A stretch of DNA of 39,735 nt from Neoconidiobolus thromboides FSU 785 (lineage: Eukaryota; Fungi; Entomophthoromycota): assembly GCA_025603075.1 (NCBI GenBank), contig MU626432.1, positions 1 to 39,735 of the forward strand. Reading direction: 5' to 3'. This document shows positions 24,303-36,360 of the stretch, piece by piece. The notes under the pieces are model-generated. The model did not search any database. It was not told the origin of the DNA and saw only the letters and a program-made list of their open reading frames with translations. The number at the start of each line of letters is the position of its first letter. Position 1 is the first letter of the stretch. A program made the position numbers and the translations under genes.

Positions 24303-25948
24303 ATGCTGAAATCGTTTATCAATAATGTAACATTACAATTCAATTTATAATAGCAATATTAAACCTTCATTAGATATATGATGAGTTAAATCTTATTAAG
24401 CTAACGTTTGATGTTGTAACTGGAAGGATAGATGGTATAAAAGAATCTGAAGTTCAAGATAAGCGAGGGATTAAAGGGAGCAGTCAAGAAATAAAAAGAG
24501 AAGACAAGGAAGAAGCTAAAAACGGAATTAAGAAAAATATAGATGATTATATAGAAACTAGTGAACTCTCAATTTCGAAACAAGGGAGGAGCATAGATCC
24601 AGTCAAGGAGCAAGAAACAAAAGACAATTTAATTGTAAAACAAGAGACAGCAGAAAGTTCGATTAAACAACAACAACAAGAAAAACCAGCAAGTGTTAAA
24701 TGGTCCGAGATTAACGGGGAGAATGCGATAGATAATTTACTTTTTAAGATTGAGACGAAGCTTTTAACCAAAAAAACTGACACTGGCCCTACAACAAGCA
24801 GGGTGCTTGGTAATTTAAACTTCAAGTCAAATATGTTTGGAACTTCAATTCAACTTGATACGAGTATACCTGAGACTATAACGAAAGTAGCAAAAGATTC
24901 AACGATGGAAAAAAATATCAATGAAATCATTAGTAAATGTGAAGAAATTGTAAAAAATACTGGTTTTTATTATCTTACAAGTGGTACTGAGCTTGATACC
25001 CCAGAAGGATTAAACAAAACATTGCTTCCAACATCATTGGATGATGAATTTACTAAAGGGATTGAAATTTCGGAGCTTTATTCAAAGCATGAAGTATTTC
25101 AAAAGCAAATTCAACAAGAGGTTAAGGAAGAAGCTATCTTAAATTGTGGAAATCATTTGGCACTTATTTCGAATGATATTATAGATTATTATACTAAAAA
25201 AGTTTTTCCCGCTATTAGTGAGAGTGAAGATTGGAAAGAGTATATTGATGTTGTAAATAATAGAGTTAAGGAATTGTTTAATGTTATCCAAGAGTATCCG
25301 GAGGAAATGAGACGTTCAGTAAGTATCATTTAACTCATAATTTATTTTACACATTAATATTTTAGGCTGGAGAAATCTTAGAAATATTAACAGAAGCGAG
25401 TGGACTTAATCATATCATTGGAGAATATTTGCTTTTTAGAATTTATTCTATTTTGATTGTAATAAGATTATTATTACTATGCTATTTTATACTAATTTAC
25501 ATTATCAGGAGACTGTATTGACTTGTAAATCCAAAGACTCAGTTGACACTCTTATTAAGTTTTCGAAGTGTGTTTATAAAATCAGACCTGGGTTTTCAGA
25601 ATATATATTTATTGCTAAGCTAGTTAATGAGAATCCATATATTCTTTTTAAAGACTTGAATGATAGAAAGATGGTAAACCAATAATTAATAATATCACAT
25701 ATTAACATTAATAACTGTTATTTACTATTTAGATCCATAATATTGCCTTAAAAGATCATAACGCTCTATATCAACTTCAAAATCAAATTAAAGAAACTGA
25801 AAGTATCGTAAACAAGAACAAAGTTACTAAACTTAACGTAAATTATTCAGCTAGTGAGGATAAAAGGAAGGAAGCTTATGAAAACTTACGCATTTTCAAC
25901 CTTAACCAGCTTATTGACAGCTTAAATATCTATCAAATAAGTAACTGA
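24303..25948 (+). CDS. Hypothetical multi-exon protein with a charged N-terminal region and a helical C-terminal region weakly resembling a degenerate RasGAP domain
   Basis: ATG 24303 (MLKSFINN|IYDELNL..) splices into a long frame continuous with ORF 24803..25333, then exons AGEILEIL..IIGEYLLFRIYSILI|ETVL..|IHNIAL..YQISN*. The RasGAP resemblance (YPEEMRRSAGEI..IIGEYLLFR) is weak. Confidence 0.6.
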
Positions 25949-26298
25949 GCTATTAATTAGTGAAGATGGAAAGCTTGTAAAATTTGTGCATTTTTAATCA
26001 CAATCAATCGGTAGCTTGAATATCTATCAAATAAAAAAGGACACATTTTTATGCTTAAAATAGTTTATTTATTACTTATATTAACTAAAATAACATCTCA
26101 TGTGTATTATTATTATTTCTTTATAATATTTAATTTTTAAAAAAGAATATAAAAGAACTTTCTATAGCGCATTTACCATTTAGGTAGAAACCATAAAAAT
26201 TCTTGAAAATTCTTGAAAGTTAAAGCAACTTCAACAAATAAAAAGTAAAAAAGTAGAAAGTGGCATTTAAACTTGGTAACTCTTTTTTTAAAATAATA

Positions 26299-27513
26299 AT
26301 GGCAGAATCAAATCAATCAGCTTCTAACGATACATGGTCTAATTTAAGTGGTAAATTTGGGCCATTGGCCAGCAAAATAAGCAAGGGATTTACACAAGCC
26401 AAACAATGGAGTGAAGAGAAGTTAGGCACTGCTTCGGATGTCACTGAGTTACCTGTAGAATATCTTGAACTTGAAAAGGTAACTAAGCTAAATAAATAAA
26501 TCATCAACTATAAAATAATCTAATAAATTAAAAAGAAAGTAGACACTATAAGAAATTTGCATTTACAAATGATAAAAGTTGTCAAAAATTATTCCGCTCA
26601 GTTAGGTGATACTGTTTTACCAGAAAGCTTACAAGGATTTACAAAAAGTATTACTGAAACATTTAACGCTGGTAATGGGCCTGTAGCTCCACATGCTACT
26701 GAAAATAATGATCCTAAAACAGTATATAACGCTTTTGCTAAGACTGCATTTGAAGGTGCTGGTGTACTAGGAACTGATGAGCCTTTCGGTAATTTAAATT
26801 TAGTTTAGTTTGTTAGAATTCTGGTTAATTTTTCTAGGTACCGTTTTAATGAAATTCGGTTCGGTAGAAGATAAAATAGGTGATAGTAAGACAAGAATGG
26901 TAATAATATTAATGATAGTATTTTAAATCAATTAATCTTTTATTTATTTAAATAGAATCAAACTATTCAAAAACAAGTATTAACCCCATTAAACTCTACT
27001 TTAAATACAACTATTCAATTAGCTATGGTGAGTTAAAATATGATATCGTGGATGGTTCTTTATTAATGTTTCTTTAGAAAGCTCGTCGAAATGTAACTAA
27101 TTTAAGACTCGAGTTGGATGGGTTAAGATCCAAACATAGAAACGCTAAACCAGAAAAATTAGCTCAAGTAACTATCATAACTAACAATAACTCAAAGAAT
27201 ACAACTAACACGAAAATAGGCCAAAAAAGAAATAGATGATGCTGAAGAAGCTTTAGTACTTGCAGTAGATGAAGCAAGTGAATTAATGCGAACAGTCATT
27301 GATAATGTAAGTAATTAATATACTCATAAAAATAGTACATAATAATATTTTGACTTCTAATAGCCAGAACCACTTCGTAATTTGGCAGAGTTAGTAGCTG
27401 CTCAAATGGATTTTTACAAAGAAGCTTATGAGTTGTTAGCTGATATTGCTCCTGAAATTGATGAAATTCAAGTCACCCATGAATCCCTTTATCGTCAAAG
27501 TCAAGCAAATTAA
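26299..27513 (+). CDS. GVP36: GVP36-like BAR-domain protein, multi-exon
   Basis: KGFTQAKQWSEEKLGTASDVTELPVEYLELEK; ARRNVTNLRLELDGLRSK; AEEALVLAVDEASELMRTVIDN|PEPLRNLAELVAAQMDFYKEAYELL. Confidence 0.85.
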
Positions 27514-27759
27514 TCTTATTAAAAATTAGTTTTTACAAAATTAATATTTTTAGTTTGTTGATTAGTTTTAGGTGTCATGATGTAATAATATGCTATTAAG
27601 TTTATATTAACAATAAATTTATTAGGTGAAACATTAATAAAAGATAGTATTTATTATTCAATAAAATGAAGACAAATTTAATACAATAAGACGTAACGTT
27701 AATTAAAAACTGCAATTTTATCTATAAGATATCATCCTTATCTTCCCAGCATCTATATA

Positions 27760-30700
27760 AATTATATTTCTTTTAAGTATCATCACACATTCGAATCGTT
27801 GATTTTGAGATTCAGTTTTGAGTTGAGCCTGAGGTTGGTTATCGATCTCTCAAATTTTAGCTTGAACGTTTAATCTTTCCAAAATTAGTACTATAAAATC
27901 TTCATTATCATCGTCATCCTTAAAATAACTTTTGTTTCTTAGGTCTTAAACTAACATCGATAGCTTGTCCTTGAACGTTTTTATCCTCAAGTTCATCACT
28001 TACCTTGTTACTCGCTTTAGCTGATAAAGTTCTTCCAACAGTAACCTGTCTATTTTCTTGATTGATAGTTTTTTTGACTGAGGGTGCATTGAGTAGTGAT
28101 GGATTGTTATAATTTTTATCTAAAACAGATAATAAATAACCTTCATTAAGTTCCCTGTTAGTGTTGCTTTTTAAATTACTTTGATCCTTATCATTTAATG
28201 CTACAGCTTCTATCAGCTTAGATGATAAAACTGAAGCCAGAGGAGAAGGTACATCATTATCAGCCTGATGATGCATATAAGGATGTTTTCTTTGGCTTCA
28301 TCAGTTTTTCCATCTTTTAAATGCTATTTGAGTGGAAAAACCATTGGTAAAATCCTTAAACGCAAAAATACATTTCCGTATCTTTGGTATCATCCTGATC
28401 ATATGAACTTATCTGGAAAACCTTAAGCTCTACCGTATTCACGTACAGTAATCACTTTATTTTGAGATAGATGAATAACAGTATCCTGTTTACCCATAGA
28501 TTGGATATCCGTTAAAGCAGTTAAGAAATGTCCTTTAAAGTCCAACCTCGCAAATAAGCCTTTCCGGCTTAAACACCATAGCTTTAATTTTTCTGATAAG
28601 GAGGAGTGATCAGAACCTGGTACCATGGAGATACGGCAGATCCTTTCCACCGTTATATCGTTAAATGATCGAGTCACATGGTTGAAATACTTCATAGCAC
28701 TTTGTCGAGAAAGTCGTTGGAATTCAGAAAATGGTTTCATAATATAATTTGTTTGCATCTTACCAATATAAACTGTATCGATTTTGATCTTTTTAAAATG
28801 ATTGATTGAGTTGTTAGTTATTTTATAGTCTGGGTAAACGATACATTATTATCGTACTCAAACCCTTCTAAATTGGCAACTACATCATAAATTGTTTGCG
28901 CTGGATGTGGTACACAATAGTCAGTAAGATTTATTGCTATATAAAAAACACTATTAGATAATGAGATATTTAATCAACCTATTTTATGGAAACGATGTGT
29001 TGGCTCTGGGTAATATGCAAGATGATTGTCTAAAATAGTACCCCAGACAATGACACGACGTCTTGATTGAGCCAAACCAAAGTTGCCAGCCTGTTGAGTT
29101 GAAATACGATATTGATAGCCCATATGAGTAAGGCATCTAAAAACGAATTTGATCTATTCCATTCTAATACCTCCTTCAATCATATTGATCTCCTTTTGAT
29201 TACCTTCTAATCTAGAATTTAACGGCTCGCGTATATTTTCTGATACAGAGTATTTTGGTCGATAGAAATCTACATAACCCATGGCAGTAGCAGTTACTGA
29301 ATTTTTAATATCATTTGCTTTTTTAAATCTATTGATATCCGAGAGTTCCTGGCAGGGTGGGCCACAATAGATCAAGATAGCTTCTCCAGGCTGTGGCATG
29401 CCTGATAATTGCCTCCCCATAAAATCTTTTGCTGAAGGAAGTCCATTCTTATCGCTTGTATTAATACCTTGATTCAATAAAAAGTTAATATGTTGATCGT
29501 ATACTGTTGTACTTGGGAAATTCTTTTTAAATGTGATAGCTGCACCTGGGTTAAATTCGATAGAATAGCTAGTATGAACAATCCACCCTTTTCCATTCCT
29601 GGTGTAAGGCTTCTATACTCTGAAAACATATTTAAAGCTACTAATGATTTACAATTATCATATAAGTCGTTTGTTTCTTTAATGTGCTTCAGTCTGTACT
29701 CATTACATAATTGACAACATTCAAGTTCTTTCTTACTAACGTTGATTATACTTCCGTTCTCATCTTCACCACTTTTAATGTAAAAGGTACTATCTTCCGA
29801 CTTATAGCTATCTAAATTTTTAACATCCTCGATATACTTGAGATAACAAGCACCCTCTAGTTTATCTATAGCCATAATGGAATGTTTACTAATTTGATAT
29901 ATATCTTGGATCTGGTATAAACTTCCTTGGTCCATAACTAGAATTTAAGGCCACAAAGTCAATCGTTTTTTCAAATCTTTTATAACGTCTTAAATGAAAT
30001 TTGATAGTCTTATCTAATAATTTTCCCCAGAGCTTGTCCCTATTATTATTTTTATTGAACGGTACTATTTGAGTAGTGACATAATAAGTTTTTCTTTCTT
30101 TTGGTAAAACACAAACAAAATTATAAGAATGATATTCAAAGGACCTATGTTTCATACTACTTGTATTCTTATCAATCTCGCTTGGATTTAACTTATTGCA
30201 ATAAAGCTTAGACTCCCAACTCTTAGAAATAGACAGCTTGGTATCAATAAAAGCTCTGGTAGCAATCTCATAAAAATATCTGAAAAAGAAAGAGTCAATA
30301 AACTTGGTCTCATCTTCTTTTATTGTCATATGGCTCACTTTAGTCTTTGCAACAAATTGATTCAAGGAATAAGTTTCAATATAATCCGTAAAGAATAATT
30401 CATTTTGCTAAACTAGCTCTCCCATAATAGCTTCATTACTTAGCACAAAAGCGCGTCATAAAGCTTTTTAGTTTTGTTTGCTTCAAATAAAATACATACA
30501 TACAATACGATTTGGTCGGTTTTTAGCATCTTTTACAATGATAAAATCCCTACTTTTATGCTGTCATTTTTACTTTTGCTTATGAAAATAAATCAATCTT
30601 TGGAAATGATTGTATTTTTCTTCCAGCCCATTCGGATATACTTATAGTTGGTTTTCCGTACACTAACTGATAGTGTAGCTTTTCTCTAACTTCTTTTAAT

Positions 30701-31640
30701 TGATTTTCTTTTGCTTCCTCAACAGGTTCATGATTAATAAGACCATACGCTAACTTTGAAATAATTTTGGTAAAAATTGGAGGAATTGTTTTATCCTTTA
30801 TCAATAAACTTTGCTTACCAACACTTCTATGGACTCTGAGTTCCTTTTGGTAAGGTAATTCGAATTTATCATCTTGTATTTCCATCAACCTGGTAAAGGA
30901 TAGGATAGTAAAAAATCCATACTTACTGTTTTCTTGCATCTAGATCACAATCTCTTCTTCGATGTAAGCTATTAGTCTTAAAAAAGCTTTTATATTTATT
31001 TTCATTATTGTGCAGCTTGGAAATGGGGGACAAGCTTTCGACGATTCTGGAAATACTCAAAGGAACTCTTCGTATACTAAGTTTGGGTTTTTAGGCATAT
31101 CATTGATAACAAGATCAATTAATCGAGTTCTCATCAAATAATCTCTATATTTAGAATAACATTCTGGATTTGGATTACTGAGTTTATACCAAACATAGGT
31201 GGTATTTAGGAAAAGTTCACTGTTTATTGATTAATTTTCTAGATAAAACTGAAATCAATTACCTTGATTCATATAGTATAAATGCCATCTCCCAATCAAA
31301 GATAAAACCAAGTCTCACAGATTGATTAGGGAAATTTCCTTCGTCTAACAAAGTCTTTTCTTTATCTGCTTCCACTTGATCGTTATCAATGTCATTACCA
31401 TCGTCTTCACTCTTAAGGATAACTTGACTGCTTTCCTCATCTTTTGAAGCTTTTACAATACCAATACCAAGGATCTTTCTGTTCTCGTTATCAATCTCAT
31501 CCAAACTGGTATAATATTATTGTTTAAAGCGTCATAAAAAATAAAGTCTTTTAGGATTCGAACGGTAAAAGGTTTCCATCCTTGTTTGGTGTATTACCTC
31601 CCTTTTTGTCTTTATTCAAAGAAACAATTCTTGTTGATCT
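27760..31640 (-). pseudogene. DNMT1: DNMT1-type (Dnmt1/Masc2-like) cytosine-5 DNA methyltransferase pseudogene with RFTS, BAH1, BAH2 and MTase domains
   Basis: RFTS: LP.RILKDFIFYD..FIFDWE..TTYVWYKLSNP. BAH1: MGEL..NELFFTD..NQFVAKTKV..SFFFRYFYE. Degenerate motif I ALNMFSEYRSLTPGMEKGG; motif IV CGPPCQ; VI YRPKY..ENI; VIII QAGNFGLAQSRRRVI; TRD GLFARLDFKGHFLT..MGKQDTVIHLSQNKVITVREYGRA*GFPD; motif X HQADNDVPSPLA. In-frame stops (e.g. 31057-59, 29154-56, 28423-25), several frameshifts, a MITE insertion, and retained introns (31220-31262, 28937-28978). Ends are approximate. Confidence 0.93.
28278..28378 (-). mobile_element. MITE copy B inserted in the DNMT1 catalytic domain with a TA target-site duplication
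   Basis: ATGCA TA [TAAGGATG...CATTTCCG] TA TCTTTGG. Removing the element and one TA restores minus-strand AAA GAT ATG CAT (K-D-M-H). Confidence 0.9.
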
Positions 31641-32439
31641 TTCTGATAATCTGTTAGTTTATGTTTATCTTATGTTTACTTTGTGCTATTGTAATTTAAT
31701 TAAAACCAGACTTTAGTTGAACTTTACTGAATTTCTGTTTTGTTAAAGTCAATAAAACTTGTTTACCAATAAAAAGTGTGTATCCATAACAAAGTTCTCC
31801 AACAAGAGAGTATTTTAAACTAAAAAGAATAAGTTACAATAAATTACAGAAACCAAATTAATGATGATAGGAACATTATGTGAAAGTAATTAAGAAAACG
31901 TAAATATACTGACTTTCGTAAATAAGGTATTAAATATCAAGTAACTTCATCCTTAGTTTTGGAAATAATTTTCATATATATATTATAATAAATTTATAGT
32001 GCGTAATGGTGAGTGAAGTCACTTTTGCTTCACTCTTTAAATTGCATCTAAATAAATATATAACCAAGTCTTTTTTGTTCAAGAACTTTAACAATGCTTT
32101 TCCACTTAATAGGACCTAAAATATCAAAAAACAAACGAAACTAAACAAGACATCCTCATATTCAAAAAGCTAGGCAACTTATAAATCTAACTTGTATTAA
32201 AAATAAGCGTTAAACTTATATATATTATTAGTCATCAATTAGAAGCTTGAATATTGCTGAAAGTTTTGATAAAATAAAACACTGATTGAAGGCCAATTAC
32301 AAAGCTTAATAGTTAATATTGTAACAGTAAAATTACCTTTAAAATGTTTTCTATACTTTTTTTTACTGATTTTTAAGCCAGTTAAGTTGATTTAAGCAAC
32401 TATGAATGAAAAAATCTATTTAGCTTAATGTTAAAAAAT

Positions 32440-33440
32440 TAGTGGCGTTTTGTTAGCAAATTTAAAATTTAGAGTTTGGACCTACACACCAAAACTTATT
32501 CTTAAGTATTTCTTACTCAAACGTTACTGCTTTACTATAAAAGCTGGGCTAAATACTACAACCTGAGTTGGAAACAATGTAAAAGTTTTAAGATTTGATG
32601 AATAAAATTTTGTTCATTTAGTGAGATGGAATCTATCCCTTTGAGTCAATGATCTTAGGAGGGTTATAGAAAATTATTACAAGTTGGGATTTTAGAATAG
32701 GACCTTGATGACGATTGAAAGTACATTGATAAGAGTTGAAGCTTAAAATGGGTTTAATTTTTGAAGCAAAATTCGTAAGTTCAAAGATTATCACAATTAG
32801 CTGCAATAAATTTAGAAGATATACATTGTATAATAAAAGTAATCTCTAATGTGCTTGGGCTTGTAAAAAATCATATTAGTATGTATAAAACGCTTGAGAG
32901 TACATTCATTATCTACTATTGTCAAATCCCCTATCGTGTGATTCATAAGTGTTTAAATCAAAGTAGGTATCCTAAATGATTAATTGAGTTTTGTGTAACT
33001 TACCTTCAGAAATTCTGAGAGAAAACAAAGCTATACAGATAAAGATTTGTAGAGATGGCCTTTCTATTATAATATTACTTTGGGGTCCTAAGATTTTTTT
33101 AAAGGGCTATCACTAGTATACAAAGTAATACATTACAAGAAGACATATTGTATCAATATTCAGTATGTCATTTTGAGCTATCATTATAAAAAACTAATTT
33201 TTTTCCAGCAAATCATTGATTGTATGCCTCTATAATCAAAGATAGAATCTGTAATAAAAGCAGCATTTCTAATAATATCAGTCATATAATCAAAATTACT
33301 AAACTATAAGAATCGATAGTAATGTAATCAGGTTTGACTTTGCACATTCCTGAAAGTATGAATTAAAAAATTGCTAATGGTTATGGATTTAAGATTTGGA
33401 GCCTTAAAGAAGTAATATTCTTACTCTATCTCATTTTTAA
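32440..33440 (-). pseudogene. Possible decayed protein-coding gene of unknown family
   Basis: Slightly higher GC than the flanks. Short protein-like runs are broken by stops and shifts (EYYFFKAPNLKSITISNF; MNHTIGDLTIVDNECTLKRFIH), and there is a GTAAGT..TTTAG intron-like segment (32972-33003). No ORF of 60 aa or more. Confidence 0.3.
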
Positions 33441-33564
33441 TAGCTATTAGTTTAATTTATAGATTTACGATGGGTTTAATATTTTTTTTCAATTAAAAAA
33501 AAATCTTAATTAAACCCTAAATCGTGAAGTAAGAGCTATTTTAAAACTCTAAGTATCCTTGCGT

Positions 33565-34026
33565 TGTGAAACATCGCCTTATCAGCTCTATGATTGACTA
33601 CAATATAATAATCACTTAAATTGATGTGTTCTCAAGTTCAGCTATAACTAATCCCAAGCCTTTTACTTCCACTTATTATTAGAATTTCTAACTTCATTGC
33701 AAAGAATATCATCCTCTCGTTTTGATATCTATACTTGTTGGGGTATAAAAGAGATTTTAGAACATAATAGCTCGAGGCTTTTTAATTAAACTACTCATTG
33801 ATATTGTACCTTTAATATAGCGGCTAAATCTTTCTGATAGTATTTTACGTAGAATTTACAGTAATATTGTTTATTCTATTTATCTTACATAGTTCGTAAC
33901 TTATTGTATGGCATTTTTCATAATTCAAGTCTATCTTAGTCACATAAACTAAGACCTTTCGACTTACAACTAGTTAATCAACCAAAAACTGCTTTTGACT
34001 CCAATCACTGAATACCAGATTTCACA
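33565..34026 (+). mobile_element. Solo-LTR-like repeat copy 1 (~460 bp)
   Basis: Termini TGTGAAA...TTTCACA (TG..CA with a short inverted repeat); TATAAAAG at ~33744 is conserved in all 3 copies. No TSD or PBS seen. Confidence 0.7.
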
Positions 34027-34494
34027 AAACTAATCTTAGCTTATTTTATAAAGATAGCTGAAGGTTTAAAGTTTTGATACTTATTAAATAAGTAAAGAAA
34101 TGGTTTATTAAATATTGTGAATTAATTATTAAAGATTAATATTACTTAAGTTGTTAATATCTAAGTTAATAAATAGTCAAAAAACAAGTAGTTATAACAA
34201 TAAATAAAAGCTACTACTATATTGCTTATATCATATAAAGATAGCTAATTACAGTTTAAGACTAACCACTCCCTCCCATGCAGCTATTTACTAACTTAAT
34301 AATATATTAATAATATAACTATAGCATTAAAATAACTTATTCATTTAATAGCGAATTTGCAATATTAGCTATGAAGCAGTCAATAATAAATATTTCTCAA
34401 TAAAGCTTTATAAAAATACATATTAAAATAGTTTGAAACTTTGGGTACTTTTGCTTTCTAGTAAAGAATTTATTTTTATAGAATTTCAAGCAAA

Positions 34495-34571
34495 GAATCT
34501 TGCTAAGAATTTTCCCACTCAAATAGCGCTTAAAAAATGGAAAGGTAATGAAATCAAAAAAAACATCCCCA
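34495..34571 (+). mobile_element. MITE copy C (left end degenerate)
   Basis: CCACTCAAATAGCGCTTAAAAAATGGAAAGGTAATGAAATCAAAAAAAACATCCCCA. Confidence 0.75.
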
Positions 34572-35031
34572 AATGTTAAAAGCTGAATCTTAGTTTCATA
34601 TTAAATTTTCTTGGTATCAAAATAATTTAAAAATAAATAAATTTTTTATATTATTATGAGTTATGGGAGAACTTTATTAAGGTTCAACTTCAATCATTCT
34701 ATTATGAATCCCTAAAATTGTTCTAATCAAATATTACTGCTGTATTTATATTCTAATGTAGGTCGAGATTGTTTTGAGTATGTATTAGATTTTTTCAAAC
34801 TGCCTCATCTTTCTTTTATTCTTTTAGTAATTCACTAGAGCTTTTTTCAAAAGTTTACTAACATTTATTTTACAAGAACTAGATCAAAATTTTTGTTATT
34901 TTAGTCAACTAAGCTACTAGAATCTATTCTCGACTAAATTAAACCGAATCCCATAATAAACCTCATTACATAACAAAGCTCGAAAACTAAAAAAATTAGA
35001 TTATTCATATTTACTAAATTTAATATAAAAA

Positions 35032-36360
35032 ATGACTAAAGATACTTTTTTAATAAATTATAACGAAGAAGAAATCCAAAATCATTTAAAAGTGGCCTTA
35101 GATCAATTAATAAAGCCATTAAACCAACGTGAAAATAATGGTTTAATAAGAAAACTAACACTTGCCACTACTTTGATAAGCAGTAAAGAAGACAACTATA
35201 TTGATTTTTCTTCCAACGATTACCTTAGTTTATCTGAAAAGGGCTCACCATTACAGTCTGAGATAAAGAAGCAATTCAATAACAGCGACAATAACATAAC
35301 GAGTGGTTCAACAGGCTCAAGGCTATTAGATGGAAATTACAAAGAAATCGAACAGCTTGAAGAGTTAGCTAGTAGATTTCATTCTTCTTCTTCAGCTTTG
35401 TTGTTCAATTCTGGTTTCGATGCCAATGTTTCATTGTTTTCAACTATAGCAACCAAAGAAAGTACTATTATCTATGATCAACTTATACATGCTTCAATTC
35501 ATGATGGCTTAAAACTGTCAAAATGTCAACATAAGTTAGCTTTTAAGCATAATGATTTATCTCATCTTGAAGTTATATTAACAAAAACAAGAAAATTACA
35601 TAATAATAATATATATATTGCTGTAGAAAGTGTATACTCTATGGATGGTGATAAAGCAGATATAAAAAAATTAGTTTCATTATGTTTAAAATACAAAGCA
35701 CAATTAATTATTGATGAAGCACATGCCACAGGTATTTATGGAAAAAATGGGGAAGGTTTAACAAATGAAGCATTGAACAATGATTACAACTTGATCAATA
35801 ATTTAATATTGGCAAGGATAATCACATATGGTAAATCATTTTGTAATCATGGTGCTGTTATCTTATGTAATTCAATTTTAAAACAGTACTTGATCAACTA
35901 TGCTCGCCCATTAATATATTCTACTTTTTTACCACCAATTACCTGTTTAACAATTCAATGTGCTTATAAAGTGATTATGGATCAACAAATCGGTGGTAAG
36001 TTAAGACAGAATTTATTAGCTATTATTAATGAATTTAAACAACTCTCTTATGAATTATTACCTCACCATTTACTGACTCCTTCGACTACTCAAATTCAAG
36101 CTGTTTTAGCGCCTGGCAATTTTTTTGCTTTAAAATTGACTCATCATTTACAATCCAAAGGTTATTTGGTACGTGCTATCCGTTATCCTACTGTACCTAA
36201 AGGTCAAGAGAGGATACGCATCTGTTTGAGAGCTAGTCATAATAAGGAGCAGTTGAGAAGTTTTTTAAATGAAGTTTTGACTTTCATTCAATTGAAGAGA
36301 CCTACTTTATTATCATCAATCAATGATGGCCATTCTAAAGATCCAAGCTCTAAGTTATAA
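35032..36360 (+). CDS. bioF: 8-amino-7-oxononanoate (KAPA) synthase, PLP-dependent, intronless, with C-terminal peroxisomal PTS1 (SKL)
   Basis: IDFSSNDYLSL, GSTGSRLLDGN, LFNSGFDAN, DQLIHASIHDG, FKHND, VESVYSMDGD, IIDEAHATG, TYGKSF (PLP Lys), RPLIYST, AIRYPTVPKGQERIRI; the protein ends ..DPSSKL*. Confidence 0.93.
   Translation: MTKDTFLINYNEEEIQNHLKVALDQLIKPLNQRENNGLIRKLTLATTLISSKEDNYIDFSSNDYLSLSEKGSPLQSEIKKQFNNSDNNITSGSTGSRLLDGNYKEIEQLEELASRFHSSSSALLFNSGFDANVSLFSTIATKESTIIYDQLIHASIHDGLKLSKCQHKLAFKHNDLSHLEVILTKTRKLHNNNIYIAVESVYSMDGDKADIKKLVSLCLKYKAQLIIDEAHATGIYGKNGEGLTNEALNNDYNLINNLILARIITYGKSFCNHGAVILCNSILKQYLINYARPLIYSTFLPPITCLTIQCAYKVIMDQQIGGKLRQNLLAIINEFKQLSYELLPHHLLTPSTTQIQAVLAPGNFFALKLTHHLQSKGYLVRAIRYPTVPKGQERIRICLRASHNKEQLRSFLNEVLTFIQLKRPTLLSSINDGHSKDPSSKL

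Noticed and set aside
26196-26222. Short tandem duplication AAATTCTTGAAAATTCTTGAAA, and similar TATTACTATG x2 near 10947
   Set aside because: Ordinary slippage in AT-rich intergenic DNA.
24547-29714. ORFs 24547..24825, 26313..26507 and 29490..29714
   Set aside because: Antisense shadows of the hypothetical gene, GVP36 and the DNMT1 pseudogene.
27920-31504. Treating the seven minus-strand ORFs as separate small genes or exons of a functional DNMT
   Set aside because: They are collinear pieces of one DNMT1. The breaks include in-frame stops inside conserved motifs, a destroyed SAM-binding motif I and a MITE insertion that splicing cannot remove.
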